Shown: in pieces, positions 30,789 through 40,756 of the stretch | Layout of the letters: every line of letters begins with the position of its first letter | How positions within the stretch are numbered: the first letter of the stretch is position 1 | Assembly (NCBI GenBank): GCA_944392835.1 | Contig: CALXYB010000003.1 | Coordinates: 73,389-137,388, forward strand | Reading direction: 5' to 3' | DNA from: an uncultured Alphaproteobacteria bacterium | GTDB lineage: Bacteria; Pseudomonadota; Alphaproteobacteria; RF32; CAG-239 | DNA length: 64,000 nt | The notes under the pieces: model-generated | What the model saw: only the letters and a program-made list of their open reading frames with translations | Told to the model about the DNA's origin: nothing | Databases searched by the model: none | Position numbers and translations under genes: made by a program

Positions 30789-32969
30789 TTATTCCGCAGC
30801 GGGAATAATTTTAAGTTCTTCCATAACCTCTTTTTTCAGGGTTACATTATCCGCTTTTCCTGTGGCAAAAACGGGAAGTTTATCCCTATAAAGAATCACT
30901 CTTGGCAAGAAGAGCTCGGACATTCCGTTGTTTTTGATATAAGAGTGCAAAACATCTTGAGTTACCTGGTTGTTGTTGGTAACCAAAACAATCTGTTCGC
31001 CCTTGCTCTCGTGCGGCACGGCTACCACGCCGTATTGAAAATCAGCGCCCATCCACTCATAAGCTTTGCAAACCATTTCATGGACGGCATTAAGCGAGAC
31101 CATTTCGCCGCCGATTTTGGCAAAGCGTTTGATGCGGTCTTTGATATAAACAAAGCCGATTTCATCAATCTCTACCACATCGCCGGTATGATACCAACCA
31201 CCTTCAAGCGGCACGAGCTTTCCGGGGTTGTCGGGCATAATATAGCCGAGCATGATGTTTGGTCCTTTAATCACCAATTCGCCGCCTTTTTCAATACCCT
31301 CAACCGGCTCAATTTTATATTGGATTGCAGGCAAAAGCTTGCCGATAGAGCCAAAACGGTTAAAGATTCGGTTGTTTGCCGTAACCACGGGCGAGCATTC
31401 GGTTGCGCCATAAGCTTCTAAGACGCGTATTCCCAAACGCTCCATCCACATATTGCGCGTATCGGGCTTAACAGCTTCCGCACCGCCAAACATAAAGCGC
31501 ACGTTGTGGAAGTCAAACGGATGTGCGATTTTAGCATAGCCACGGAAGAAAGTATCCGTTCCAAACATAATAGAAGCGCCAATTTCATAGACGATTTCAG
31601 CCACAACACGATAGTGTAGGGGAGACGGATATAAGAAAAGTTTAGCACCTTCCAAAAGCGGGAATAAAGTTCCCACCGTCAGACCAAAGCTGTGGAACAT
31701 CGGCAAAGCATTAAACACCGTATCTGTGGTGTTAATCGTCTCAATGGCAGACATTTGCTTAATGTTTGAGATAATGTTTGCATGGCTCAAAACAACGGCT
31801 TTAGGCGCACCCTCAGAACCTGAAGTAAAGAGGATGACAGCTTTTTTGTTTCCGCCGTCTTTGTGCGGCACGCGTTTAATTTTGTAGCGCAAATAGGCAT
31901 TGATTTTATCCCATAAGCCTATTTCCTTGCGCAAAGATTCCAAATAAACAATTTTCAAACCATGCGCTTTCAAGACCTCAATCGTGCTTTCAAGCTTAGC
32001 TGTTTTAATGAAGGTTGATGAAGTAATGACCATACGCACTTCGGCAGTTTTGCACATAGAGGCCATATTTTTAGCCCCGACCGAGAAGTTGAGCATCACG
32101 GGGATTCTGTCATAAGCAGACAAGCCGAAGAAAGAACAAACCGCCGCAATAGAGTTTGGCAACAAAATAGCCACGGGTTCGCCTTGGGGCGTACGGCGTT
32201 TAAAATACTTACCCAAAACAAAAGACTTAATAATAATGTCTTTGTAAGTATTTGGCACGCGTTGAATATCCTCAACAAAATGCGGACGTTTATATAATCC
32301 TTTTTTAGCGTGAACTTTAGCCGTTTTCATCAGCTGAGCAAAAAGCGAAATATTAGGGTTATAGTTACATTCAAAGGACATCTCGCGCAAAATCATATAA
32401 ACTTCGTTGCTGATGTGGTCGCGTTGGCGGCGAAGCTCATCTTTGAGCTTAAAGCTGCGAGGCTTTCCGACCGTAATTTTCATCTTTGGCAAAGGACGAT
32501 GCGGGAGCTTTCCCTTTGTTTTGGAAAAATAGCCATATTGTGGTCCATTAATCCAAACAGGAATAATCGGTGCTTTTGATTTATCAGCAAGCAGACCGGG
32601 CGCTTCATAAATTTTCATCAAGCCGCCGTTTTCGGTAACCCGACCTTCGGCAAAGATAACGCAAAGTCTGCCGCCATTTACGATAGCAATCAACTCCTTA
32701 AGGTCGCTAGGCTCAATTGGGTTAAACAAAACGATATCGGCCGTACGCATAAAAAAGCGTATCCATCTTTTGCGGTACAAATGTCCGTTCAGCGCAAAGA
32801 CAGGATTACCCGGCAGAAAAGCAAAAAGCAAGACAGGGTCAAGAAAAGACACATGGTTGGAAACATAGACACCTTTAAGAGGCAAAGATTTTTCATCAAA
32901 GTCAATATGGCATCTGACCTTAAAACACCTGAAAAAAAGTCTCAGGCAAAAACGTACGAAGTCCCTCAA
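30789..32969 (-). CDS. aas: Bifunctional 2-acylglycerophosphoethanolamine acyltransferase / acyl-[ACP] synthetase (Aas).
   Basis: The N-terminal PlsC-type motif NHVSFLDP is present. The C-terminal AMP-binding domain has LFTSGSEGAPKAVVLSH and YGATE. From the chosen start it is collinear with E. coli Aas. The start is reassigned to a TTG, with a GGAG 9 nt upstream. This gives 37 residues before NHVSF, as in E. coli. The ORF track's 59 additional residues look like translated AT-rich intergenic DNA. Confidence 0.8.
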   Translation of the reverse strand: MRDFVRFCLRLFFRCFKVRCHIDFDEKSLPLKGVYVSNHVSFLDPVLLFAFLPGNPVFALNGHLYRKRWIRFFMRTADIVLFNPIEPSDLKELIAIVNGGRLCVIFAEGRVTENGGLMKIYEAPGLLADKSKAPIIPVWINGPQYGYFSKTKGKLPHRPLPKMKITVGKPRSFKLKDELRRQRDHISNEVYMILREMSFECNYNPNISLFAQLMKTAKVHAKKGLYKRPHFVEDIQRVPNTYKDIIIKSFVLGKYFKRRTPQGEPVAILLPNSIAAVCSFFGLSAYDRIPVMLNFSVGAKNMASMCKTAEVRMVITSSTFIKTAKLESTIEVLKAHGLKIVYLESLRKEIGLWDKINAYLRYKIKRVPHKDGGNKKAVILFTSGSEGAPKAVVLSHANIISNIKQMSAIETINTTDTVFNALPMFHSFGLTVGTLFPLLEGAKLFLYPSPLHYRVVAEIVYEIGASIMFGTDTFFRGYAKIAHPFDFHNVRFMFGGAEAVKPDTRNMWMERLGIRVLEAYGATECSPVVTANNRIFNRFGSIGKLLPAIQYKIEPVEGIEKGGELVIKGPNIMLGYIMPDNPGKLVPLEGGWYHTGDVVEIDEIGFVYIKDRIKRFAKIGGEMVSLNAVHEMVCKAYEWMGADFQYGVVAVPHESKGEQIVLVTNNNQVTQDVLHSYIKNNGMSELFLPRVILYRDKLPVFATGKADNVTLKKEVMEELKIIPAAE

Positions 32970-33184
32970 AACAAAATTCTCCGCAATTAACGAATAATAC
33001 TTATGTAAACAAAAAGCCAATATTTTGTAAAGTGATATTTTGGCGCAAATTTTGTCAAGCTTAAAAATGAGAGCTAATTTATTGAAATATATAAATAAGT
33101 TTAAGGTTTTCCAGAGGGGATAAATTAAAAGATTGATTTTTAACATACGAAGTTATACAAGAAAAACAGTAACATAATGTGAAT

Positions 33185-33228
33185 AATTATTACAATCAAT
33201 TCTGCCGATTGTTACAAATTATTACAAT
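33185..33228. promoter_or_regulatory. Repeated motif in the divergent aas/fadL intergenic region; putative operator.
   Basis: AATTATTACAAT occurs at 33185..33196 and 33217..33228. The imperfect palindrome TTACAATC-n9-GATTGTTA lies between them. Confidence 0.35.
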
Positions 33229-33288
33229 AAATAGGGCAGAAAAAACACACAATATGTTATATAGGACTAACAACCTAAAGTGTGACTT

Positions 33289-34587
33289 ATGAAAAAACTT
33301 TTAACTTTAACGGCAGTTGGAACAATTCTGGTTTGTTCAGATGCCTTAGCTTCCGGTTTCAACCTCAAAGAACAATCTGCTGCGGCACAAGGTAACGCCT
33401 TTGCCGGAGCCACGGCCGGAGCCGAAGATATTTCTTATTCATTTTTTAACCCAGCAGGCTTAACGCGTCATAAAGGCACAAAGGTTTCGGTAGGTGGCAC
33501 ATGGATAGCACCTCGCTCACGAGCCAAAAGAGCGCATGCTGATACGATTATCCCCGGAGATGATTTTCCCGGATTTCAAAATTCCGGCTATACCGGAGAT
33601 ATTGTGCATGCAGCGGTTGCACCGGCGATGTACATGTCGCACCAGTTAGATGACAGATTTACATTAGGTTTGTCGCTCAATGTTCCTTATGGAATGATAA
33701 CCAAATATAATGACCTTTGGGCTGGTCGTTTCCACGGAACTTTGTCAAAGGTAACCACGGTTACCGTAACGCCGATGGTGGCCTATAAGGCAACGGATGA
33801 GTTGTCCTTGGGTGCAGGTTTACAAATGCAATATATTAAAGCCACCTTGCGTAATGCAGTGCGCATTCCCAATCCGGGAATACCGGGTGTCGGCCCTGTT
33901 TTGCCGGGAGTAGAAGATAAGGCACGTCTGGAGGGTGATACTTTTGACATCGGTTATCAGTTAGGTGCTTTGTACGAGCTAACGCCGCAAACCCGTTTTG
34001 GTGTCGGCTATCGTAGTCAGATTAAGCACAAACTCAAAGGTGATATTGAGTTTGATGGTTTGATGCGAGCTATGGCCAATCAAGATATTACGGCACGTTT
34101 GACCACGCCGGCAAACTTAACCATCGGTGCATATCATGACATAAATGATAAATGGTCGGTTATGGCAGAATTTGGCCGTACTTATTGGTCCTCATTTGAG
34201 GAACTGCGCATTAAAGGCAACAAAGGTCTGGACAACGTAACCGAAGAAAAATGGAAAGATACCACTTTTTACTCTATCGGTGCCAGCTATAAGGTTGATG
34301 ACCAGTGGAAGTTGAGAGCAGGTTTTGCCGTAGACCAAAGCGCCGTAGGGCAGGAATATCGTACACCGCGTATTCCGGATGCGGACAGATTATGGTATTC
34401 TGCCGGTGTTGAATATAAGTATGATGAAAAATGGACATTTAATGTTGGTTATACTTACATTCGCGCAGAAAAAGGCAAGGTTAAGTTGAATGGGATGCAT
34501 GAAGGCGATGCCGCGAGAGGAACATTACGCGCGGATTATGAAAATGATATTCATATCCTAGCCGCCTCAATCAACTATAACTTCTAA
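33289..34587 (+). CDS. fadL: FadL/TodX-family outer-membrane long-chain fatty acid or hydrophobic-compound transporter.
   Basis: A signal peptide is present. The N-terminal SGFNLKEQSAAAQGNAFAGATAGAEDISYSFFNPAGL matches the FadL N-terminal hatch motif. The C-terminal Phe (NYNF) is typical of OMP beta-barrels. The product is 432 aa. Confidence 0.8.
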   Translation: MKKLLTLTAVGTILVCSDALASGFNLKEQSAAAQGNAFAGATAGAEDISYSFFNPAGLTRHKGTKVSVGGTWIAPRSRAKRAHADTIIPGDDFPGFQNSGYTGDIVHAAVAPAMYMSHQLDDRFTLGLSLNVPYGMITKYNDLWAGRFHGTLSKVTTVTVTPMVAYKATDELSLGAGLQMQYIKATLRNAVRIPNPGIPGVGPVLPGVEDKARLEGDTFDIGYQLGALYELTPQTRFGVGYRSQIKHKLKGDIEFDGLMRAMANQDITARLTTPANLTIGAYHDINDKWSVMAEFGRTYWSSFEELRIKGNKGLDNVTEEKWKDTTFYSIGASYKVDDQWKLRAGFAVDQSAVGQEYRTPRIPDADRLWYSAGVEYKYDEKWTFNVGYTYIRAEKGKVKLNGMHEGDAARGTLRADYENDIHILAASINYNF

Positions 34588-34591
34588 TAAA

Positions 34592-34626
34592 AATAAAGCC
34601 CTCATAAAAAAGAGGGCTTTATTTTA
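34592..34626. terminator. Bidirectional intrinsic terminator.
   Basis: The sequence is AAATAAAGCCCTCataaaaaaGAGGGCTTTATTTTA. Confidence 0.7.
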
Positions 34627-34863
34627 GGCTTCATCAACCAAAGTGATTTTAATTTTCTTTTGATAATGTGCACAAAGCCGAAAGAATTTGTAAATATCGC
34701 CGCAACTGCCGCGCTCCATTCGTTCAATCAGACCATATGGTAGCTTAGACTTTTGTGCAACTTTGCTGAGTCTTTGGCGTTTGTCGCGCCGTTCTAACCA
34801 AAGAGCCAAACCAAGCTCTTTGAAAAACTCTGTTCTAACATGAGATTTTGAAATTTCGTTCAT
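34624..34863 (-). CDS. XRE-family (Cro/C1-type) helix-turn-helix transcriptional regulator.
   Basis: The product is 79 aa. The HTH core is LSKVAQKSKLPYGLIERMERG. An AGGAG RBS is present. Confidence 0.65.
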   Translation of the reverse strand: MNEISKSHVRTEFFKELGLALWLERRDKRQRLSKVAQKSKLPYGLIERMERGSCGDIYKFFRLCAHYQKKIKITLVDEA

Positions 34864-34886
34864 CTGTTCAACTCCTATTTTGCATA

Positions 34887-35060
34887 AAACAAAACCGCTC
34901 TCAAAGGAGAGCGGAGGAGTTGGAAACTGCTAATAGTCAGTACGCTTATTCGCCCGTTAAAAACGGCTTATATCACGTCATCCTCCATTATAGGAGGTTA
35001 TATTTGGTTCTATTAGGGGAGTTTCCACACTCCGCCGATGGCATAACCATTTCCACCGAC
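34887..35060 (-). ncRNA. Candidate novel small RNA (~170 nt) with its own promoter and intrinsic terminator. Alternatively it is a structured 5' leader of the XRE gene.
   Basis: The terminator CCGCTCTCctttGAGAGCGG plus TTTTGTTTT lies at 34887..34914 on the minus strand. Internal hairpins are CCTCCtataatgGAGG and GCCGTTtttaACGGGC. Long-range complementarity exists between GGAGTGTGGAAACT and AGTTTCCAACTCC. There is no ORF of 60 aa or more. Confidence 0.4.
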
Positions 35061-35067
35061 AAGGTGA

Positions 35068-35095
35068 AGTATAATGATAATTTGCTAATTTTCAA
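35068..35095 (-). promoter_or_regulatory. Near-consensus sigma70 promoter driving the candidate sRNA/leader.
   Basis: The minus-strand reading is TTGAAA, a 16-nt spacer, then TATACT. It sits between the recG stop (35105) and the sRNA 5' end. Confidence 0.45.
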
Positions 35096-35104
35096 TAAAG
35101 ATTT

Positions 35105-37183
35105 TTATTGCTGATAAGTTTTGACGGCTTCATCTCGCTCAAATAAGTAGAGCAAAATGCGCAAAGCCGCGCCGCGCGGCGTGGCAAGCTTTTCATCTTG
35201 AGCTACAATCATCTGCGCGTCTTTGTTTGCTGTGTAGAGCAGATGTTTATGTTCATTCATATCTGCAATCCTAAATTCGCAAAAGCCCGATTGTCTGGTT
35301 CCGAGAATTTCGCCGCCGCCACGCAGTTCCAAATCTTTTTCGGCAATCAAAAAACCGTCTTCGGTTTCGCGCATAATATTAAGCCTTTCGCGCGCTGTTT
35401 CGCTGAGCGGAAAAGAGTAAAGCAACATACAGGTAGAAGCCTCAAAGCCGCGCTTAATCCGTCCGCGTAGCTGGTGGAGTTGCGCTAAGCCAAAACGTTC
35501 GGCATGTTCAATAATCATAACCGTTGCCTCAGGCACATTAACCCCGACTTCTATGACCGTTGTTGCCACCAGAATTTTAATCTCACCGGACTTAAAACGC
35601 TCCATAACAGCGTCTTTTTCTTTTTCCTTCATTTTGCCGTGAACCAAGCCCACATCTTCACCAAAGATTTTTTTTAGTGTTTCAAAACGTTCTTCAGCGG
35701 CGGCAAGGTCAATTTTTTCAGATTCTTCCACTAAGGGACAAACCCAATAAGCTCGGCAGCCTTGCGCGATTTTGCGTTGCAAAGCGGCGGCCACTTCTTG
35801 GAGCTTGGTGATTGGCAAAACTCTGGTATCAACCGGTTTGCGACCTTTAGGCGGTTGGTCTATTTTAGAATATTCCATATCTCCGTATGCGGTCAAAACC
35901 AAAGTTCTCGGAATAGGAGTTGCGGTCATAACCAAAATATCTGGTTTGTTACCTTTATCAGACAAAGCCAAACGCTGATGCACGCCGAAACGATGTTGTT
36001 CGTCAACCACGACGCAGGCAAGGTCTTTGAACGTAACCGCTTCCACAAACAAGGCATGCGTGCCGATTAAAATGTCTATTTTGCCGGCTTCGAGGTCTTG
36101 TAAAATTTTGGTGCGAGACTTGCCTTTAACACGTCCGGTTAAGAGTTCCGCCCGAATACCGATTTCTTCACACAAGGGTTGCATCGTTTCCAGATGTTGC
36201 TTGGCCAAAATTTCGGTCGGAGCCATAATCGCCGCTTGTGTGCCGCATTCCACGGCATTAAGCATAGACATCAGTGCAACGATGGTTTTTCCACTGCCGA
36301 CATCGCCTTGCAACAAGCGCAACATCCGATAAGGCGAGGCTTGGTCGGCAAAAATCTCTTTCAAAACTTTTTCCTGCGATTCGGTAAGCGTGAAGGGAAG
36401 CTTCTCCAATATTTTTTTGCGCAAAAGTCCGTTACCTTTAATAATGCGTCCTTGTTGCTTTTTGACCTTTTCTCTGACCAAAGCCAAAGCAAGCTGATTG
36501 GCAAGCATTTCGTCATAAGCCAAACGTTTGCGGGCAGGTGCGGAAGGAAGTAAGTCAGCCTCGCTTTGCGGATTATGAACAAGGCGCAAAGCCTCGTTGA
36601 ATGAGGGCAGATTTTCAGCGGACTTAAAACGCTCGTCTAACCACTCAGGCATTTGCGGCACGCGAAGCAGAGCTTGCTTGATGTATTTATTAATCATCTT
36701 GTTTGTAACGCCGGCAGTTAAGGGATAAACAGCCTCAACGGTTCTAATCTTATCCATCTCTTCCGGCTTGCCGATATAATCCGGATGGCTCATTTGCAGA
36801 CCACCGTTAAAACTCTCTAACTTTCCGCTGATAACTCGTTCGCTTCCTTCGGGCAGATTACGCTTAAGTGTCTCGGGATAAGCGTGGAAGAAACTCAAGG
36901 TAATGTCGGCGCTACCGTCCGTGCAGATAATTTTGTAAGGGAGCTTTTTGAGCTTGGGCTCAATATGCTCCAAAACTCTAACCTTGATGGTGATGATTGA
37001 ACCGATGTGCGCGTTAATCAGCTTTGGCGAATAGCGGCGGTCTATAACGGAGGAAGGCAAATGCCACAAAAGGTCAACGATTTTTCCGCCGGCCAAATTC
37101 CGCACATACTTGGCGGTCTTTTCACCGATACCGTTTAAATTCTCAATCTCTGCAAAAAGCGGATATAAAAGCGGCGGCCGCAT
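35105..37183 (-). CDS. recG: ATP-dependent DNA helicase RecG.
   Basis: The product is 692 aa. Walker A is GDVGSGKT, and DEQH is VVDEQHRFG. Helicase motif VI is QLRGRIKRG. Confidence 0.9.
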   Translation of the reverse strand: MRPPLLYPLFAEIENLNGIGEKTAKYVRNLAGGKIVDLLWHLPSSVIDRRYSPKLINAHIGSIITIKVRVLEHIEPKLKKLPYKIICTDGSADITLSFFHAYPETLKRNLPEGSERVISGKLESFNGGLQMSHPDYIGKPEEMDKIRTVEAVYPLTAGVTNKMINKYIKQALLRVPQMPEWLDERFKSAENLPSFNEALRLVHNPQSEADLLPSAPARKRLAYDEMLANQLALALVREKVKKQQGRIIKGNGLLRKKILEKLPFTLTESQEKVLKEIFADQASPYRMLRLLQGDVGSGKTIVALMSMLNAVECGTQAAIMAPTEILAKQHLETMQPLCEEIGIRAELLTGRVKGKSRTKILQDLEAGKIDILIGTHALFVEAVTFKDLACVVVDEQHRFGVHQRLALSDKGNKPDILVMTATPIPRTLVLTAYGDMEYSKIDQPPKGRKPVDTRVLPITKLQEVAAALQRKIAQGCRAYWVCPLVEESEKIDLAAAEERFETLKKIFGEDVGLVHGKMKEKEKDAVMERFKSGEIKILVATTVIEVGVNVPEATVMIIEHAERFGLAQLHQLRGRIKRGFEASTCMLLYSFPLSETARERLNIMRETEDGFLIAEKDLELRGGGEILGTRQSGFCEFRIADMNEHKHLLYTANKDAQMIVAQDEKLATPRGAALRILLYLFERDEAVKTYQQ

Positions 37184-37210
37184 GGTTTCTTAAACTTTCC
37201 TCAAGAAAAA

Positions 37211-37222
37211 TGTTGCTATAAT
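37211..37222 (+). promoter_or_regulatory. Putative extended -10 promoter element for mfd.
   Basis: TGcTATAAT lies about 50 nt upstream of the mfd start. The -35 is weak. Confidence 0.3.
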
Positions 37223-37273
37223 GCGCATATTGTATATATTTTATTCCAAATAGTAAATGAATAAGATAATCAA

Positions 37274-40200
37274 ATGCACGCAGATATAGAAAAACTTGCG
37301 GATTATACGTTTTCTGCGGTGGCCGAGGGGTATGATGCCTTTCTGCTCCGTGATTTTTTGCACACCTCAAAACAAGATATTTTATACATTGTAAGTGATG
37401 GCTTGAGTTTGGAGCGAACAGCGGACTTGATCAAACATATCTCGCCAGAAACCGAGGTTCTAAAACTTCCGGCATGGGATACGGTGCCTTATGACCGTGT
37501 TTCGCCCAATGCCAATATTGTGGCGGAAAGACTGGCAACTTTAGGCGAGCTGACTCTAAACCCGAACAAGAAGAATAAACGGATAATCATCGCCAGTGTC
37601 GGCGCGGTCGTGCAAAAACTTCCGCCGGCCAAAATCTTCAGAAATTCCGTAAGAGAAATAAAAGTCGGCGGCAAGCTCGATTTTAATGATTTTGTACATT
37701 ATGCGGTTGTCAATGGCTATAACCGTGTTGAACAAGTTATGGAACTCGGAGAATATGCCGTTAGAGGAGATATCTTAGATATTTTTCCTGTCGGCACACC
37801 GGAACCCCTGCGTATAGATTTATTTGATGACGAGGTGGAAAAAATCCGCACCTTTGATGCCTTCAGCCAACGCACCACAGGCGAGCTCAAGAGCTATAGT
37901 TTTCAGGTTGTGGGCGAGGTTGTGTTGGATAACAACACCATCAAAAACTTCCGCACGGCTTATCGCGAAGCATTTGGAGCTGCGGCACAGTCTGATGAGC
38001 TTTATGAAGCTGTTTCGGCAGGGCGCAAATATATGGGTATGGAAAACTGGCTACCTTTTTTCTATGAAGAACCTTTGCCGACTTTGTTTGATTATCTTCC
38101 TGCGGCACATATTGTGCTGGACCGTAATGTTAATGAAGCAGTCTTGTCCAAGGAAGACGGCATAATGGACTATTATCAGGCTAGACAAGAGGCTTTGAGC
38201 ATTAAATCCGCGAGCGAGGTAGATACTTATCGGCCGGTTAACCCCGAGCTTATGTTCATTAACAAAAAAGAGTTTGAGAACAAGGTTAAAGCGCGCAAAG
38301 CCATCAGATTTACATCTATGAGCCTACCGGAATCTGAGGGCGTAATCAATGCCGCGATTATTCCGGGGCGCAATTTTTCGCATGCCAAAAATGTCAATGC
38401 CGCGCAAGTCTACGCCGAACTCAAGGATTATCTGGCAGAGAATGCCAAATTAGCAAGAATAATTTGTTGCTATTCCGAAGGCTCAAGAGAACGCTTATTT
38501 ACCTTAATGAGCGAATATGACATTAAGGATGTGAGCTTTGCCGAAAATTGGGCAGAGGCTTTGAAAAAAGCCGAACATAAACAAGTTACGATGCTGGTAA
38601 TGAACCTGCCGCATGGCTTTAGGGGAGACGGGCTTTGCCTGATTTCTGAGCAAGATATTTTAGGCGAACGTCAAAACCGCAAAACCGCCAAAAAAGTAAG
38701 CAGCAAAGATTTTATTGCCGATGTTTCGTCCTTGTCTGTCGGCGAATTGGTGGTGCATATAGAACATGGTATCGGCAAATTTTTGGGGCTGGAGAATATC
38801 ACGGCAGGCGGAGCCCCGCATGATTGTCTGAAAATCTTATATGCCAATGACGCAAAGTTATTTGTACCGGTAGAAAATATTGATGTCATCTCGCGTTATG
38901 GTATGGAAGATGACAATATTCAGTTAGATACTTTGGGCGGTCTGGCATGGCAGGCGAAAAAAGCCAAAGTTAAGGAAAAGATTCGTGATATTGCGGAGAA
39001 GCTGATTAAGATAGCCGCCGAAAGACATCTGAAAGTAGCGGATTGTTTTGTCCCGCCAGAGGGTTCGTATGACGAGTTTTGCGCCAAGTTTCCCTATACG
39101 GAAACGGATGACCAACTTAATGCCATTACGGATGTATTGAAGGATTTGAATCAAGGCTCGCCGATGGACAGATTGGTCTGCGGCGATGTCGGCTTTGGCA
39201 AAACGGAGGTTGCTTTGCGTGCCGCTTTCACCGTGGCAATGTCCGGTGCGCAGGTTGCGCTGATTGTACCGACAACATTGCTTGCCAGACAACATTATTA
39301 TAATTTTAAGAAACGTATGGAAGGTTTTCCTGTTCGGGTAAAAATGCTTTCGCGTCTGGTAAGTGCCAAAGAAGCGGCAGAAACTAAAAAAGGTTTGGAA
39401 GACGGTTCGGTAGAAATCGTCATTGGCACGCACGCGCTGTTATCAAAGGATATCAAGTTTTGCAATTTAGGACTTTTGATTATTGATGAGGAGCAACATT
39501 TCGGCGTTGCGCACAAAGAAAAACTCAAAGCCCTAAAGTCAAATGTCCACGTCTTGACCTTAACCGCCACACCGATACCGCGCACATTACAAATGTCTTT
39601 GACGGGCGTAAAGCAATTAAGCATTATTGCCACCCCGCCGGTGGACCGCTTAGCCGCGCGTACTTTTGTTATGCCCTTTGATAAGGTTATGATAAAAGAA
39701 GCCATTTACCGCGAGAAGTTTCGTAACGGCCAAACCTTTTTTGTCTGCCCGAGAGTGTCGGATATTTTCGGTATGGAAAAAGAGCTCAGAGAGCTCGTGC
39801 CGGATATAAAAATTTTGGTGGCTCACGGACAAATGCCGGTCAGCAAGTTGGAAGATGTTATGAACGAATTTGCCGACGGCAAGGCGGATATGTTGCTGTC
39901 AACCACGATTATTGAATCGGGTATTGATATGCCGTCGGTTAATACGATGATTATTCACCGCTCGGATATGTTTGGCTTGGCACAGTTATACCAGCTTAAG
40001 GGACGAGTAGGGCGGTCAAAGGTCAGAGGCTATTGCTATTTTACCGTGCCCAAACAAAAGAACCTAAAACCCATTGCCGAGCGCCGTTTAAATATTTTGC
40101 AGGCGCTGGATACTTTGGGCGCAGGCTTTTCTTTAGCTAGTCATGATATGGATATCAGAGGCTCAGGTAATATCTTGGGCGAGGAACAGTCAGGGCATAT

Positions 40201-40756
40201 TAAAGATGTCGGTATTGCCTTGTATCAGCATATGTTGGAAGAAGAGATAATGCGCCAAAAGAGCGGTGCAGAACAGGAAAAAGAGCAAGCAGAGATAGCC
40301 GATTGGGCACCGCAAATCACCACCGGTATTCCGATTATGATTCCCGAAGCTTATGTGCGCGATTTGGGTGTGCGTTTGGGGCTGTATAAACGCATTGGCG
40401 AGATTAAGGATAAGGCCGGAATTTTGGATATGCGCGAGGAATTAACCGATCGTTTCGGCAAGCTCCCCGAAGAGGTAGATAACTTGCTTAAAACAGTAGA
40501 GATAAAACAGCTTTGCCGCGAGGCCAATATTGAAAAAATAGATGCCGGAGCCAAGGGAATTCTGATAGCTTTTCATAACAATGTTTTCAAAGCGCCGGAG
40601 AAACTGATAAATTGGGTTGCCAAGCAGTTTGGCGTGGTAAAAATCAGACCGGACCAAAAACTTTTCATAGAGCGCGATTTGCAAAACTATGCCACCCGAG
40701 TTGAAACCATAAAGACCTATGTCGGAAAACTGGTAGATATGGTCAAAGGAGCATAA
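37274..40756 (+). CDS. mfd: Transcription-repair coupling factor Mfd.
   Basis: The product is 1160 aa, with a UvrB-homology N-terminus. Helicase motifs are GDVGFGKTEVA and IIDEEQHFG. A TRG-like region is present. Confidence 0.9.
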   Translation: MHADIEKLADYTFSAVAEGYDAFLLRDFLHTSKQDILYIVSDGLSLERTADLIKHISPETEVLKLPAWDTVPYDRVSPNANIVAERLATLGELTLNPNKKNKRIIIASVGAVVQKLPPAKIFRNSVREIKVGGKLDFNDFVHYAVVNGYNRVEQVMELGEYAVRGDILDIFPVGTPEPLRIDLFDDEVEKIRTFDAFSQRTTGELKSYSFQVVGEVVLDNNTIKNFRTAYREAFGAAAQSDELYEAVSAGRKYMGMENWLPFFYEEPLPTLFDYLPAAHIVLDRNVNEAVLSKEDGIMDYYQARQEALSIKSASEVDTYRPVNPELMFINKKEFENKVKARKAIRFTSMSLPESEGVINAAIIPGRNFSHAKNVNAAQVYAELKDYLAENAKLARIICCYSEGSRERLFTLMSEYDIKDVSFAENWAEALKKAEHKQVTMLVMNLPHGFRGDGLCLISEQDILGERQNRKTAKKVSSKDFIADVSSLSVGELVVHIEHGIGKFLGLENITAGGAPHDCLKILYANDAKLFVPVENIDVISRYGMEDDNIQLDTLGGLAWQAKKAKVKEKIRDIAEKLIKIAAERHLKVADCFVPPEGSYDEFCAKFPYTETDDQLNAITDVLKDLNQGSPMDRLVCGDVGFGKTEVALRAAFTVAMSGAQVALIVPTTLLARQHYYNFKKRMEGFPVRVKMLSRLVSAKEAAETKKGLEDGSVEIVIGTHALLSKDIKFCNLGLLIIDEEQHFGVAHKEKLKALKSNVHVLTLTATPIPRTLQMSLTGVKQLSIIATPPVDRLAARTFVMPFDKVMIKEAIYREKFRNGQTFFVCPRVSDIFGMEKELRELVPDIKILVAHGQMPVSKLEDVMNEFADGKADMLLSTTIIESGIDMPSVNTMIIHRSDMFGLAQLYQLKGRVGRSKVRGYCYFTVPKQKNLKPIAERRLNILQALDTLGAGFSLASHDMDIRGSGNILGEEQSGHIKDVGIALYQHMLEEEIMRQKSGAEQEKEQAEIADWAPQITTGIPIMIPEAYVRDLGVRLGLYKRIGEIKDKAGILDMREELTDRFGKLPEEVDNLLKTVEIKQLCREANIEKIDAGAKGILIAFHNNVFKAPEKLINWVAKQFGVVKIRPDQKLFIERDLQNYATRVETIKTYVGKLVDMVKGA

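Noticed and set aside
30137-33146. Long N-terminal extensions in ORF-track models of glmS, fabH, the GT2 gene, HAD, pgpA, uvrA and aas
   Set aside because: Canonical N-termini (MCG..., MTCIRSEIIG, MPQISLIIPLYN and others) with RBSs occur downstream. The extensions come from the longest-ORF rule.
34887-35060. Possibility that the candidate sRNA is tmRNA, SRP RNA or 6S RNA
   Set aside because: It has no tRNA-like T-arm or CCA and no plausible tag ORF ending in hydrophobic-AA, which argues against tmRNA. It lacks the SRP domain IV GGAAGGAAGCAGCC-type motif. It could not be matched to 6S by eye, so it is left as unclassified.
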